From assembly GCA_042408875.1 (NCBI GenBank), contig JBHOQS010000014.1, forward strand, positions 2,891 to 66,890: a stretch of DNA of 64,000 nucleotides, given 5' to 3'. Origin of the DNA: Chloroflexota bacterium. Lineage in GTDB: Bacteria; Chloroflexota; UBA11872; JBHOQS01. Below are positions 43,729 through 53,325 of the stretch, in pieces; position 1 is the stretch's first letter, and every line of letters begins with the position of its first letter. The notes under the pieces were generated by a model that did not search any database, had not been told where the DNA came from, and saw only the letters and a program-made list of their open reading frames with translations. The position numbers and the translations under genes are program-made.

Positions 43729-43800
43729 AGATCGCGGCTCGCGGGCTGATCGTGATTTCCTGGCGGGGTCCGGCGCGAGGACGCTGGCTAGGGAGGAGCG

Positions 43801-44121
43801 GTGATGCCGGACGAGGAGCCAGAAGCTGTCCAGGCCGGTGCGGCGCGGCTCGCGGCGCTTGAGGCTGCCCTCCAAGAAGCGCAGCGATTTATCGAGCAAG
43901 TGCAGCGTGCCCCCGTCGGATCCAGCGCGGTCTCCGATGCAGCGCTAGCGCCAGCCGCGCTGGCAGACGATCGCCTGGCCGGCCTGGAGGCGCGGATCGA
44001 GGCCCTGGAGGCGCTGGTGGCACGCCAGGCCGAGGAGCTGGCCGCTCTGCAGGCGGAGGTTGCCGCGTTGAAGGCGGAACACCGCCAGCGCAGGGGCGGC
44101 CTCTGGCCGTGGCGCAGATAA
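43801..44121 (+). CDS. Hypothetical coiled-coil protein with basic-aromatic C-terminus
   Basis: GGGAGGAG RBS, heptad repeats, ends RRGGLWPWRR. Confidence 0.7.
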   Translation: MMPDEEPEAVQAGAARLAALEAALQEAQRFIEQVQRAPVGSSAVSDAALAPAALADDRLAGLEARIEALEALVARQAEELAALQAEVAALKAEHRQRRGGLWPWRR

Positions 44122-44172
44122 TATCCACGCCACCGCTGCAGCACGCGCCCGGCCTCCACAGGGCCGGCTCGC

Positions 44173-45435
44173 TCACCGCAGGAACAGCTCAATCACCGGC
44201 ACAGGGGTGTCCGGCTTGATTACCGGCAGGGTGAGGGTCAGGGTGCCCCCAGCATCTTCGGTGAGGGGAATCTCCGAAGCGTCGTTGAGGAGCTGAGCAT
44301 ATTCCACCTTGCCAGCGTAGCCGTCGAGATGCAGATGCCTGAACGGCCAGGCGAATACGTGCACGTACAGCCGCCGCGCGACCGGATTGTACGTCAGACG
44401 GCAGTCCTGCGGCGTGGCGAACTCGGCCGGGGCTTGCGTACAGCCGTAGATCGAGCGGCTGTGATACCTCATCCATGCACCGATGCCGGCGAGCCGGTCG
44501 CGGGCGCGCTGGTCGAACTCGCCACGTGCCGTCGGCCCCACGTTGAGCAGGAGGTTCCCGCCCTTGCTCACGGTATCGACCAGCAGGCGCACCAGCATGT
44601 CCACGCTCTTCCAGCTCGCCTCGTCGCGGTGATAGCCCCAGGAGCCCGAGAACGTATGGCAGGCTTCCCAGACTACCGGCTTTCCATCCACCTGGACCCA
44701 CGCGCGCGGCACTACCTGCTCCGGCGTGTAGAAATCACCGGGCACATCTGCGCGGTTATTAAGCAGGATCTCAGGCTGGAGCTCGCGGATCATCGCGACC
44801 AGCTTCTCGCTCTGCCAGTCTTCTCGCCCCTTGCCGCGTGACCAGCCCCAGTCGCGATTGGGGTACGAGAAATCCAGCCACATGATGTCGATCTTGCCGT
44901 AGTTGGTGAGCAGCTCGCGCACCTGGCCGTGCAGGTACTCAGCATACTTGCGGATGTCGCGGTGCTTCTCCCGCTCACGAAACTCGACGTCATCGCGCTG
45001 GGGGTGCAGGCCATCGACCGGGAACTCGGGGTGGTGCCAGTCGATCAGGGAGTAATAGAAGCCGATCTTGAAGCCAGCCGCCCTGAAAGCGTCCACGAAT
45101 TCACGGATCAGATCGCGCCTGGCCGGCGTGTTGGGCGCCTTGTAGTCTGTGAGCTGCGAGTCAAAGAGGCAGAAGCCGTCGTGGTGCTTCGTCGTAATGA
45201 CAGCGTAGCGCATACCGGCCTGCCAGGCGATCTGCGCCCATTCGTGCGGGTTATAGAGATCCGGCTCAAAGTGATCGAAGTAGCGCTGGTATTGCGCGTC
45301 CGTCATACGCTCGCGGTTCTTCACCCACTCGTGCCGCGCCGGGAGCGCATAGATGCCCCAGTGGATGAACAGCCCGAAGCGATCATGCACGAACCAGTCA
45401 GAGCGCCCTACCGTAGGGGCAGGCTGCGGGACCAT
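44173..45435 (-). CDS. Alpha-L-fucosidase (GH29)
   Basis: FGLFIHWG, TTKHHDGF, YYSLIDW, WLDF, SKGGNLLLNVGP. Confidence 0.95.
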   Translation of the reverse strand: MVPQPAPTVGRSDWFVHDRFGLFIHWGIYALPARHEWVKNRERMTDAQYQRYFDHFEPDLYNPHEWAQIAWQAGMRYAVITTKHHDGFCLFDSQLTDYKAPNTPARRDLIREFVDAFRAAGFKIGFYYSLIDWHHPEFPVDGLHPQRDDVEFREREKHRDIRKYAEYLHGQVRELLTNYGKIDIMWLDFSYPNRDWGWSRGKGREDWQSEKLVAMIRELQPEILLNNRADVPGDFYTPEQVVPRAWVQVDGKPVVWEACHTFSGSWGYHRDEASWKSVDMLVRLLVDTVSKGGNLLLNVGPTARGEFDQRARDRLAGIGAWMRYHSRSIYGCTQAPAEFATPQDCRLTYNPVARRLYVHVFAWPFRHLHLDGYAGKVEYAQLLNDASEIPLTEDAGGTLTLTLPVIKPDTPVPVIELFLR

Positions 45436-45551
45436 CGAGCACACCTCGTTCATCAAGGGTACGGAGTATCAGCACGCATGGTACCAGGACAGGGCGAGTG
45501 AAACAACGTCGCTGTAGGGTGGGTACGCAGCCGGCCCGCCCCGCCGGTGGC

Positions 45552-46658
45552 TCACTCGCTGCGCCACTGCCACACCCCATCGGGCGTGGCAGCGAAGACG
45601 CCTCCGGCGGTAACGATCACGTCGCGCACCGGCAGCGTCCCTAGGCCGTCGGCAAGACGTTCCCAGCGCCCGCCCCCATCGCGGCTCCAAAAGACGCCGC
45701 GGCCTTCAGCGCCCAGCCCGCCGGTCGCCAGGTAGAGCGTCTGAGGGCGGGCCGGGTCAATCGCTAGCGATGAGAGCGGGTAGATGGCCATCGGTCCTTG
45801 CATCTGCCTTGCGGCTTGCAGCCCCTCGTTGGCAGCCTGCCAGCTCGCTCCGCCGTCGCTCGTGCGGAACACGCCGGCCCACGTCACCGCATACACGGCG
45901 TCGGGGTTCTGCGGGTGCACCTGGAGGTCCACCGGCCCCCACGGGTCGCCAGCCGGCGTAATGTCGTTCCAGGATGTGCCGGCGTCGCTACTCCTGGCCA
46001 GGCGCACGGTGCCGCCCTCGCTCACCGACATGACGTAGATGATGTCGGGAGCGCTCGGCGCCACGGCCACGCGCCAGGCGTCATAGTTCGGCCGCCGTGC
46101 GCCTGCCAGGCGCTCCCAGGTCTTGCCCCCATCACGGCTGCGCACGGCGTCCGGGCAGGAGGCAGCGTACACCACCTCACGGTCGGTAGGGTGCGGCGCA
46201 TACGAGGTCAGGTTCCCACCGATGCCGGTCCAGGTCTTGCCGCCGTCTACGCTACGGAAGCTCGGCGCTTCAGTGCCCCTGGCACAGCCGTCGGTCGCGC
46301 CCACGTAGATGACTTGGGGATCGGCCGCGCTGATGGCGATTTCAGTAACTGTCATGCCCGCACGCAGCGCAGCCCACGTCTTGCCCACGTCGCCGGACAC
46401 CCACAGGCCGTTGCCCCCGGCATAGAGTGTCCCCTGCTGCCGCCCACTGACCGCGAGGGCATGCACGTCCACGCCAGCGAGCCCGGCGCGCTGCCACGCG
46501 CCTCTGGAAGCCGGGCGCGTCGTAGTGAATGCCGGACGCACCTCAGGCGTCGCGGCTGCCAGACGGAACGGGTTCTGGCAGCCCGCTAGGAGGAGCGCCT
46601 GGGCCGCCAGGACTGCCAGAAATAAAGTAAAAAAGATGAAGACCGGACGCTGCGCCAT
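45552..46658 (-). CDS. BNR/Asp-box beta-propeller lipoprotein
   Basis: LLAGC lipobox and repeated SxDGGxTW motifs. Confidence 0.85.
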   Translation of the reverse strand: MAQRPVFIFFTLFLAVLAAQALLLAGCQNPFRLAAATPEVRPAFTTTRPASRGAWQRAGLAGVDVHALAVSGRQQGTLYAGGNGLWVSGDVGKTWAALRAGMTVTEIAISAADPQVIYVGATDGCARGTEAPSFRSVDGGKTWTGIGGNLTSYAPHPTDREVVYAASCPDAVRSRDGGKTWERLAGARRPNYDAWRVAVAPSAPDIIYVMSVSEGGTVRLARSSDAGTSWNDITPAGDPWGPVDLQVHPQNPDAVYAVTWAGVFRTSDGGASWQAANEGLQAARQMQGPMAIYPLSSLAIDPARPQTLYLATGGLGAEGRGVFWSRDGGGRWERLADGLGTLPVRDVIVTAGGVFAATPDGVWQWRSE

Positions 46659-46665
46659 GCGCTCG

Positions 46666-47691
46666 TCACTCCAGGCCGGTCACCTGGTACGGCCGCTGCT
46701 GCTCCGCCGACTCATATGCGCCGAACACGAGCTCTAGGGTGCGCAGGGCATCGCGGCCGGACGTCTCAGGCTCACGGCCGGAGCGGAGGCAGTCCACCCA
46801 GTGCTGCTGGATGCGCACGACGCTCTCTTGCACTGCCTCGGCCGGCGGCGCGCTCCAGGAATAGACATGCGGCGCGGCGGTAAATCGCTGCGGGCCATCT
46901 ACGCCGGTGACACTGATGGCATAATGCGGGCCAAGCGTCGCGGAGCCATCCGTGCCCTCCAGATGCACCAGTGTCTGCGGGAACAGTTCCTGCTCAAGTC
47001 TAGAGGCAAAGCTCATATCTACAATGCAGGTCGCGCCGCTGGCCATGAGCAGCATGATCGTCGCCACGTCCTCGCCGCGGATGCGCGGGTTAATGCGCTG
47101 CACATGGCAGTACACCTGTGCCGCCTCGCCCATAAAGAAGCGCGCCAGGTCCAGCAGGTGCACGCCGAGGTCGTAGATGATGAAGCGCGGGTCGGTGGCA
47201 AGATAGGGCTGATTGGCGTAGACATCGACGGCGCTGCGGAAGGTGATGCGCCCGAAAAAAAGCGGACCCACTCCCGCAGCTGCCTGCTTGAGGGCTCGCA
47301 TCGGTGTCTGCCAGCGGAAATTCTCGTGCACCATGAACTGCACGCCCGCGGCGCGGCAGGCCTCGACCATCGCCCGCGCGTCATCCAGGCTCGGCGCCAG
47401 CGGCTTCTGGCAGATGACGTGGCAGCCATAGCGCGCGGCCAGCTCAACCAGTGGTCGGTGCCCGGCCGGCTGCGTGACGATGTCCACGAAGTCCGGCCGC
47501 TCGGCCTGGAGCATCTCCTCAGCACTGCCATACGCGCGAGGGACCCCAAACTCGGCGGCGTACGCCCGCGCCCGAGCCAGGTCAAGGTCGCAGACAGCCA
47601 CGATGCGGGCACCCTGGACCTCGCTCCAGCCATGGAGATGGTTGCGCGCAAAATACCCACAGCCGATGAGCACGCCTCGTAGCTCGTTCAT
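46666..47691 (-). CDS. apsD: Gfo/Idh/MocA oxidoreductase, probable D-apiose dehydrogenase
   Basis: LIGCGYF, ICQKP, MVHENFRWQTP, QPYL...RFII.DLG.H, GEDVATI, QESV..IQQHW match ApsD as recalled; adjacent to the ApnL-like gene. Confidence 0.7.
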   Translation of the reverse strand: MNELRGVLIGCGYFARNHLHGWSEVQGARIVAVCDLDLARARAYAAEFGVPRAYGSAEEMLQAERPDFVDIVTQPAGHRPLVELAARYGCHVICQKPLAPSLDDARAMVEACRAAGVQFMVHENFRWQTPMRALKQAAAGVGPLFFGRITFRSAVDVYANQPYLATDPRFIIYDLGVHLLDLARFFMGEAAQVYCHVQRINPRIRGEDVATIMLLMASGATCIVDMSFASRLEQELFPQTLVHLEGTDGSATLGPHYAISVTGVDGPQRFTAAPHVYSWSAPPAEAVQESVVRIQQHWVDCLRSGREPETSGRDALRTLELVFGAYESAEQQRPYQVTGLE

Positions 47692-47817
47692 TAGTAATCT
47701 CTCCTAGTCTCGCCTGCCAACGTAGCGGGCCGGTGCATGACAGGCTGTCCGGGTTGTGCACTGGACACGTTGTACATCTGACGTTGTACATCTGGGAGAG
47801 GTACTTAAGCTCGTTAC

Positions 47818-49833
47818 TCAAGCGCCCGCACTATCGATACAGCAGTAGGCGAAGGGCCGCAGGCCGACCACGAGCTCACCCGCGGCCACGCTGGCCGGTT
47901 GCCAGGCCTCAGCGCGAAACCGCTCGGGCGCGTGCATGGCTTCCAGCGCATTCGTCTCATCCAGATATCGCAGGCGCACCTGCGGGCCGAGCGACGGACA
48001 GCGCACCCGCACCTGCCGCGGCTGCGGACCCAGATTGGCGAGCATGACCCGCACACGGCCGTCACGCTGGAGAGCGAGGCCCTCGAATGCCAGCGGTGCA
48101 CTGGCGCGGGCTGGCAACACTGCACCCCCAGCCAGCTCACCGGCATCGGCAAACACATGGTACAGCGGGAACACGCCGCCGGGCAGCGAACGAAAGCGCT
48201 CCGGCACCGGCGAGCCAGCCTCGGTCTCCATGACGCCGCGCCAGCCGGTGGTCTCGTAGTAGGTGATGCTGTACACGCCGCTCTCCGCCAGATACTTCAG
48301 GCTGCCGAGCGTCCAGCCGGCGCCAAAGAGCGACATCTGCCGTACATCGACCTGTGGCGGTAGCTCGTCGGGCGGGGGCTCGGACACCGGGCCGGTCGCG
48401 TTCGGGTTGAAGCGCGGCCGCAGGGTGACAGGCGTGATCGCCAGCGGGACGGTCCCGGTGAAGCGGCGGGCGCTCACCACCGTCTCCGCCTGCATCTCCA
48501 GCGTCTCGACTAGTGAGGCATTGTCAAAGGCGTGAACCTGCGGGGTGATTGAGTAGCAAACCAGGTCGAGCCCCTCGACCGGCGGTGGCTGCCGGTTGAG
48601 CTCAGCAAAGTAAGCGTTGGTGCCGGCGCCGATCCTGGCTTCCGGGGCATAGCTGGCCAGGTAGCGGCGCGCCAGTCGAACCCACGGCGCCGTCGTGCTT
48701 TTCTCCTCTACATGAAAGATCAGCCACTGAGCCACCGCCGGGCGGAGCTCGCGCAGGACTGCGGCTAGGGCAGCCAGCTCATCCTCCCCTGCACCGGACA
48801 GGAAGACCGCCAGCTCAAGCGCAACACCGATCGCCGTCGCTTCTGCGGCTGCCTGCGCCAGGCGCTGGCGCCAGCCAGCGGCGCTGAGAGCGAGGTCTGC
48901 CCGCAGCAGCGACAGGTTCAAGGCCTGCAGCCGGCCGGTCTCGGTGGCTGTCAGCGGCTGCCCGTGCGAGGCCATGCCTAGGCCGAGGCGAGGCAGACGT
49001 GCTACCGGCGTCTCACCGACTGTGAGGATGGGCTCCGCGACCTGCTCGCCCGGCCCGCCAGCAGCCGCGACGTGTACAATCGTGGCGGGGCGCTCGCGCT
49101 CTGCACGGACGGCGGCAGATTCAGGCGGAGCGTTCTGGAGGGCGAGGCGCACAGTCTGGCTGACCCGCGTGCCAGCGGCCACTTCGACGGGGTACGGCAG
49201 TCGCAGCGGCGTGCAGTAGGTCTTGAAGGAGCCATCGGTCCAGTTCCGCTGGTCCTCCATCTCGAAGAGATCGCCCTCGAACTGCACCACCGCCCACACG
49301 TCAGGCGCCGCCTCATGGGCGATGGCGGAGATGTCCAGGAAGGGTTGGTGCGGTGAGATGTGGCGCGGGAACGTGCCGTGCTCCCACGTGCCATCAGGGT
49401 GCTGCACCAGGCACGGCCGCCCGGCACATTCGCGGATAGGATGCAGCACGCAGAAGCCGATGCGGTTACGCAGGAAGGTCGAGTGCGCCTGGCCGTCCAT
49501 GGTAAACGTCAGTCGGCCCCCTGGCGTGCCTTCGATGGTGCCGTGCCAGCGGAAGTCAATCTCGCCCTGCCGGCATTCGACGTCGAATGCCACGGAGAAG
49601 GCCTGCGGCTCCTGGTGGAGCTGGAGGTTCGACAGGCGCGGCAGCACAGTGTCCCAGTTGCGGTCACGCACGGCGCTATACACGCCGCGCAGCACCTCGC
49701 GGTCGCCCAGGCAGATGTAGCGCATGAACGCCGTAGCCGGTTCGAAGAGCAGCGTCAGCGGCCCGGCGCGCAAGGCGATGCGCGCGGGGAGGGGTGTCTC
49801 GGCTCCGTAGTACAGGACCGTTGGCGGCAACAT
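47818..49833 (-). CDS. apnL: Probable D-apionate lactonase family protein
   Basis: LRAGPL, EVLR...VRDRNW, RIGFCVLHP, FEMEDQRNWTDGSFKTY, YFAELNR, PQVHAFD. Confidence 0.7.
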   Translation of the reverse strand: MLPPTVLYYGAETPLPARIALRAGPLTLLFEPATAFMRYICLGDREVLRGVYSAVRDRNWDTVLPRLSNLQLHQEPQAFSVAFDVECRQGEIDFRWHGTIEGTPGGRLTFTMDGQAHSTFLRNRIGFCVLHPIRECAGRPCLVQHPDGTWEHGTFPRHISPHQPFLDISAIAHEAAPDVWAVVQFEGDLFEMEDQRNWTDGSFKTYCTPLRLPYPVEVAAGTRVSQTVRLALQNAPPESAAVRAERERPATIVHVAAAGGPGEQVAEPILTVGETPVARLPRLGLGMASHGQPLTATETGRLQALNLSLLRADLALSAAGWRQRLAQAAAEATAIGVALELAVFLSGAGEDELAALAAVLRELRPAVAQWLIFHVEEKSTTAPWVRLARRYLASYAPEARIGAGTNAYFAELNRQPPPVEGLDLVCYSITPQVHAFDNASLVETLEMQAETVVSARRFTGTVPLAITPVTLRPRFNPNATGPVSEPPPDELPPQVDVRQMSLFGAGWTLGSLKYLAESGVYSITYYETTGWRGVMETEAGSPVPERFRSLPGGVFPLYHVFADAGELAGGAVLPARASAPLAFEGLALQRDGRVRVMLANLGPQPRQVRVRCPSLGPQVRLRYLDETNALEAMHAPERFRAEAWQPASVAAGELVVGLRPFAYCCIDSAGA

Positions 49834-50072
49834 AGTCGCGTTCTCCTGGCCCGCTGGATCTCTCAACTGTATCTGCCATCCAGGACAGGCGATCCCTGGC
49901 AGGCTATTGTAGGTGATCTATATATGCATATGCACCGGCAATCCGTACAGCATGGGGTCTGTGCGGTCCGGGGCGGTCTCCCCGCCGGACCGTGCTGACG
50001 CCGGTGGGACTGGTAGAGTATACTGGGTCCACCAGCATGGCATGCCCAGGGTATGCGGCGGCGAGAGAGACG

Positions 50073-50861
50073 ATGCCCAAGCTGTTCGCCTTGTTTGATT
50101 GCAACTGTATGGTTGGGCGCTCCCCGGTGCGGCAGCCGGACGCCTTTTTCACCGTCGCCGGCCTGCTCGAGGAGATGGACCGCCTGGGCATCGAGCAGGC
50201 GCTCATCTCCTCGAGCATCGCGCAGCACTACGACCCGGCCACCGGCAACCGACTGCTGCTCGAGGAACTGGACGCTGCGGGCAGGCCGGAGCGCTTGCAC
50301 GCCTGCTGGGTCTTGTTGCCGCATGCCACGCACGAGATGGGCGTGGACAGCGCCGAGGTGCTGGTGGAGCGCATGCTGGCGGCCGGGGTTCGGGCCGCGC
50401 GGCTCTTTCCCACGCAGCATCGCTTCTCTCTCAGTGACTGGTGCACCGGCCCGCTGATGCGCGCCCTCGAGCGCCACCGCGTCCCGGTGTTCATCGACTT
50501 CGGCAATGTGCACTGGAGCGACTGCAATACGGATTGGGACGCCCTCTACCGCCTGCTGAAGGATCATGCCCGGCTGCCAGTCGTGCTGGTGCACGAGGGC
50601 GTTGGCTCAGACCGATATCTCTACCCGCTGATGGAAGCCTTTCCTGACTTACTGATCGAAACATCATACTACCAACCGCACCGCGGCATCGAGGCGATCT
50701 GCCGGCGCTTCGGCCACGAACGGCTGCTGTTCGGCACCGGCATGCCAGTCTGGGCGCCTGGCCCGGCTATTAGCATGCTCGCCTACGCCGATATCTCCGA
50801 TGAGGCCCGCCGCGCCATTGGGAGCGAGAACCTGCGCCGGCTGCTAGGAGCGGTCTCATGA
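50073..50861 (+). CDS. Amidohydrolase-fold protein with degenerate metal ligands
   Basis: TIM-barrel amidohydrolase pattern, but DCNC replaces DxHxH and FGTGMP replaces GSD. Confidence 0.8.
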   Translation: MPKLFALFDCNCMVGRSPVRQPDAFFTVAGLLEEMDRLGIEQALISSSIAQHYDPATGNRLLLEELDAAGRPERLHACWVLLPHATHEMGVDSAEVLVERMLAAGVRAARLFPTQHRFSLSDWCTGPLMRALERHRVPVFIDFGNVHWSDCNTDWDALYRLLKDHARLPVVLVHEGVGSDRYLYPLMEAFPDLLIETSYYQPHRGIEAICRRFGHERLLFGTGMPVWAPGPAISMLAYADISDEARRAIGSENLRRLLGAVS

Positions 50862-51682
50862 GCGGAATGGCTGCACCTGCCGGCTCGGACTCAGAACTGC
50901 TGCGCCGCGGCCGGCTCGGGGAGCGGCTCGACGGCGTACTGGTGATTGATATCCATGTGCATCTCGGCCCAGCCGACCGGCTGCACATCTCGTTTAACGA
51001 TGCTGCCGGGCTGGTGCGTGCCATGGATCGCGCTGGCATCGACCGGGCGTGTCTCTTTGCGGGGGCCGGCATCGGCTCTGACTACCGCCTCGGGAACGAT
51101 CTCACGGCTCGCGCGGCGCAAGAGTTTCCCGAGCGCTTCATTCCCTTCGCCGTCTTCAATCCGAACTACGCGGAGGATATCCCTAGCGAGATCGAACGCT
51201 GCTTTAGCACGCTGGGCATGCGCGGCATTAAGCTGCACACAGGTTTCCATCAGTACCCTGCCAACGGCCCCAACTACCACCCGGTGTTCGAGTACGCCAA
51301 TGCCCATGGCCTGCTGGTGATCAGCCACGGCTGGGGTGGCCCGGGCGCGCTGGAGCGTCTGGCCAGGGCATACCCTAATGTCACTTGCGTGGTGGCACAT
51401 GCCGGAGGGAATTGGGATGGCCGTCTTCCCACAGAGGCGATCCAGGCGGCCCGTCGGCTAGAGAACGTGTACCTTGACCTGGCGTCGTCAATAGTACCGT
51501 ACGGCGGCCTGGAGCGGGCGGTCGAGCTGGTTGGCGCTGAAAAACTCCTCTACGGCTCCGATATGCCCTGGATGGACTCCGCCTATCAGCTCGGGCGGGT
51601 GCTCTTCGCCAGGATCACAGACCGTGAAAAGGAGCTGATCCTGGGGCTGAACGCGCAGCAGTTGCTGAAGCTGGAGAAGTGA
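50858..51682 (+). CDS. Amidohydrolase family protein
   Basis: DIHVH, GIKLH, AHAGG, LYGSDMP. ATGA overlap with the previous gene. Confidence 0.9.
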   Translation: MSGMAAPAGSDSELLRRGRLGERLDGVLVIDIHVHLGPADRLHISFNDAAGLVRAMDRAGIDRACLFAGAGIGSDYRLGNDLTARAAQEFPERFIPFAVFNPNYAEDIPSEIERCFSTLGMRGIKLHTGFHQYPANGPNYHPVFEYANAHGLLVISHGWGGPGALERLARAYPNVTCVVAHAGGNWDGRLPTEAIQAARRLENVYLDLASSIVPYGGLERAVELVGAEKLLYGSDMPWMDSAYQLGRVLFARITDREKELILGLNAQQLLKLEK

Positions 51683-51686
51683 GGGG

Positions 51687-51727
51687 CCCTCACCCCCGGC
51701 CCCTCTCCCGCAGCGCGGGAGAGGGGG
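51687..51727. repeat. REP-like palindromic element
   Basis: CCCTCACCCCCGGCCCCTCTCCCGCAGCGCGGGAGAGGGG, the widespread CCCTCACCCC...CCCTCTCCC...GGGAGAGGG class. Single copy in the window. Confidence 0.65.
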
Positions 51728-51789
51728 GTAGTGACACTGGCTGGAGCAGAGGGCAGTGAAAGCCCGTGTTTTTTAACCAGGAGGTCGCA

Positions 51790-53130
51790 ATGATGTCGCG
51801 AGTCGTCGTGACACGGCGGGAGATGCTTGGGGCGGTGCTCGCCGGCATGCCGCTAGTCAGCGCCTGTGCGCGGCGTGCGGAGGCGCCTGGGTTGCGCCAG
51901 CGGCGTGGCCCGGGGACTGTGATATGGACAAGCTGGGCCACCGACGATCTGGGCAAGAACCGTGTACAGGAGCAGGCGGATCTGTTTATGCAAGAGTACC
52001 CGGAGATCAAGGTCGACATCCAGAACTATCCGAGCAGCGGGTATATCGATAAGGTCGTTGCTCTGCTAGCTGCCGGCACTGGACCTGATGTCTTCAGGGC
52101 GAACCCGAACTCTGCCATCGCCATGCTCGGCCACGTGCAGGAGCTTGACGGGCTGCTGGCGAAGGAGAAGGGCACCTGGTGGGGCAGTAAGGATGTGAAA
52201 CCTGGGGTGATGGACTGGGGCCGCTACCGCGGCAAGATGCTTGGCTTTCCTATGGGCACCGGCGCCTATTACGCCCTTCACATCAACAAAGATATCTTCG
52301 ACAAGGCTGGCATACCGTATCCCCCGGAAAAGTATAACGATCCATCCTGGACCTTCGATCGCGTGCTCGAGCTGGCCAGAGCGATGACCGTACGCTCCGG
52401 CGATAGCCTTGCCGAGCAACTGGGCATCGACCGCGGTATGAGCTGGTCCTATCTTCATCCAGTGGTGATGAGCTGGGGCGGCGAATTCTTCGATGAGAAC
52501 AGCGGCGAGTTCAGATGGCACGAGCCGGCAGCCACCGACGCCATCCAGTGGATGGCCGACCTCCTGAACAAACACCGCGTGGCCCCCACGCCCGATGATG
52601 CGCGGGCCGGCGTAGGGAACTTCGTAAACGGCAGGCTGGCGATCCGCTGGTCAACGTTTAATCTGGCTATGTACCTGATCAACGACGTCGGGGATCGCTT
52701 TCGGTGGGATGTCGCGCCGCCGCCTCGCCTCGGTACCCGCCCACCGCGGCTGTGGTTCTACGTAAGCTGGTGGGTGCTGAACAAGGGCACCCGCAACCTG
52801 GAGGATGCCTTCCTGTTTGACTACTGGGTGAGCGGGCCGAAGGGCGAGCGGGTCTCGGTCGAGTATGCCTGGAGCATCCCGCACTTCTACAGCCTCGACG
52901 CGAAGCTTGGCCTCCGCATGGGCCAGAAGAAGAACCTGTCCGTTGCGCTGGACTGCCTGAATTACGTGGCGAAGTCGCGGCCTGAGCTAAACCGTGGCTA
53001 CGACGAGGCGCTGCGGGTGCTCGGACCGGCCCTGGCCCAGGTGGCGAACGGTGAGACTACGGCCAAGCAGGCGATGCAGCAGATCAAGCCGGAGATGGAC
53101 CGGCTGCTCCGCGCCGGCCTCGAGAAGTGA
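51790..53130 (+). CDS. Carbohydrate ABC transporter solute-binding lipoprotein
   Basis: TRREML Tat motif, SAC lipobox, GTGPDVF, NKDIFDKAGI, WDVAP. Confidence 0.9.
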   Translation: MMSRVVVTRREMLGAVLAGMPLVSACARRAEAPGLRQRRGPGTVIWTSWATDDLGKNRVQEQADLFMQEYPEIKVDIQNYPSSGYIDKVVALLAAGTGPDVFRANPNSAIAMLGHVQELDGLLAKEKGTWWGSKDVKPGVMDWGRYRGKMLGFPMGTGAYYALHINKDIFDKAGIPYPPEKYNDPSWTFDRVLELARAMTVRSGDSLAEQLGIDRGMSWSYLHPVVMSWGGEFFDENSGEFRWHEPAATDAIQWMADLLNKHRVAPTPDDARAGVGNFVNGRLAIRWSTFNLAMYLINDVGDRFRWDVAPPPRLGTRPPRLWFYVSWWVLNKGTRNLEDAFLFDYWVSGPKGERVSVEYAWSIPHFYSLDAKLGLRMGQKKNLSVALDCLNYVAKSRPELNRGYDEALRVLGPALAQVANGETTAKQAMQQIKPEMDRLLRAGLEK

Positions 53131-53325
53131 GCGGCGCGAGCGCATCGATCATGTACGCCCGCCGCCTCACCCGGCTGTGCTCTGGGTACCCTGCCTGAAA
53201 GCAAGCTGTATGGCGCGGGTCCTGGCCTTGCAGGAAGTGCGTTGTGCCGGACAAGACGAATCCTTCAGCGTGCGGCAGCATCACCGCAGCCATCGGTGGG
53301 TCTCGCCGAAGCGATGGCAGGACCG

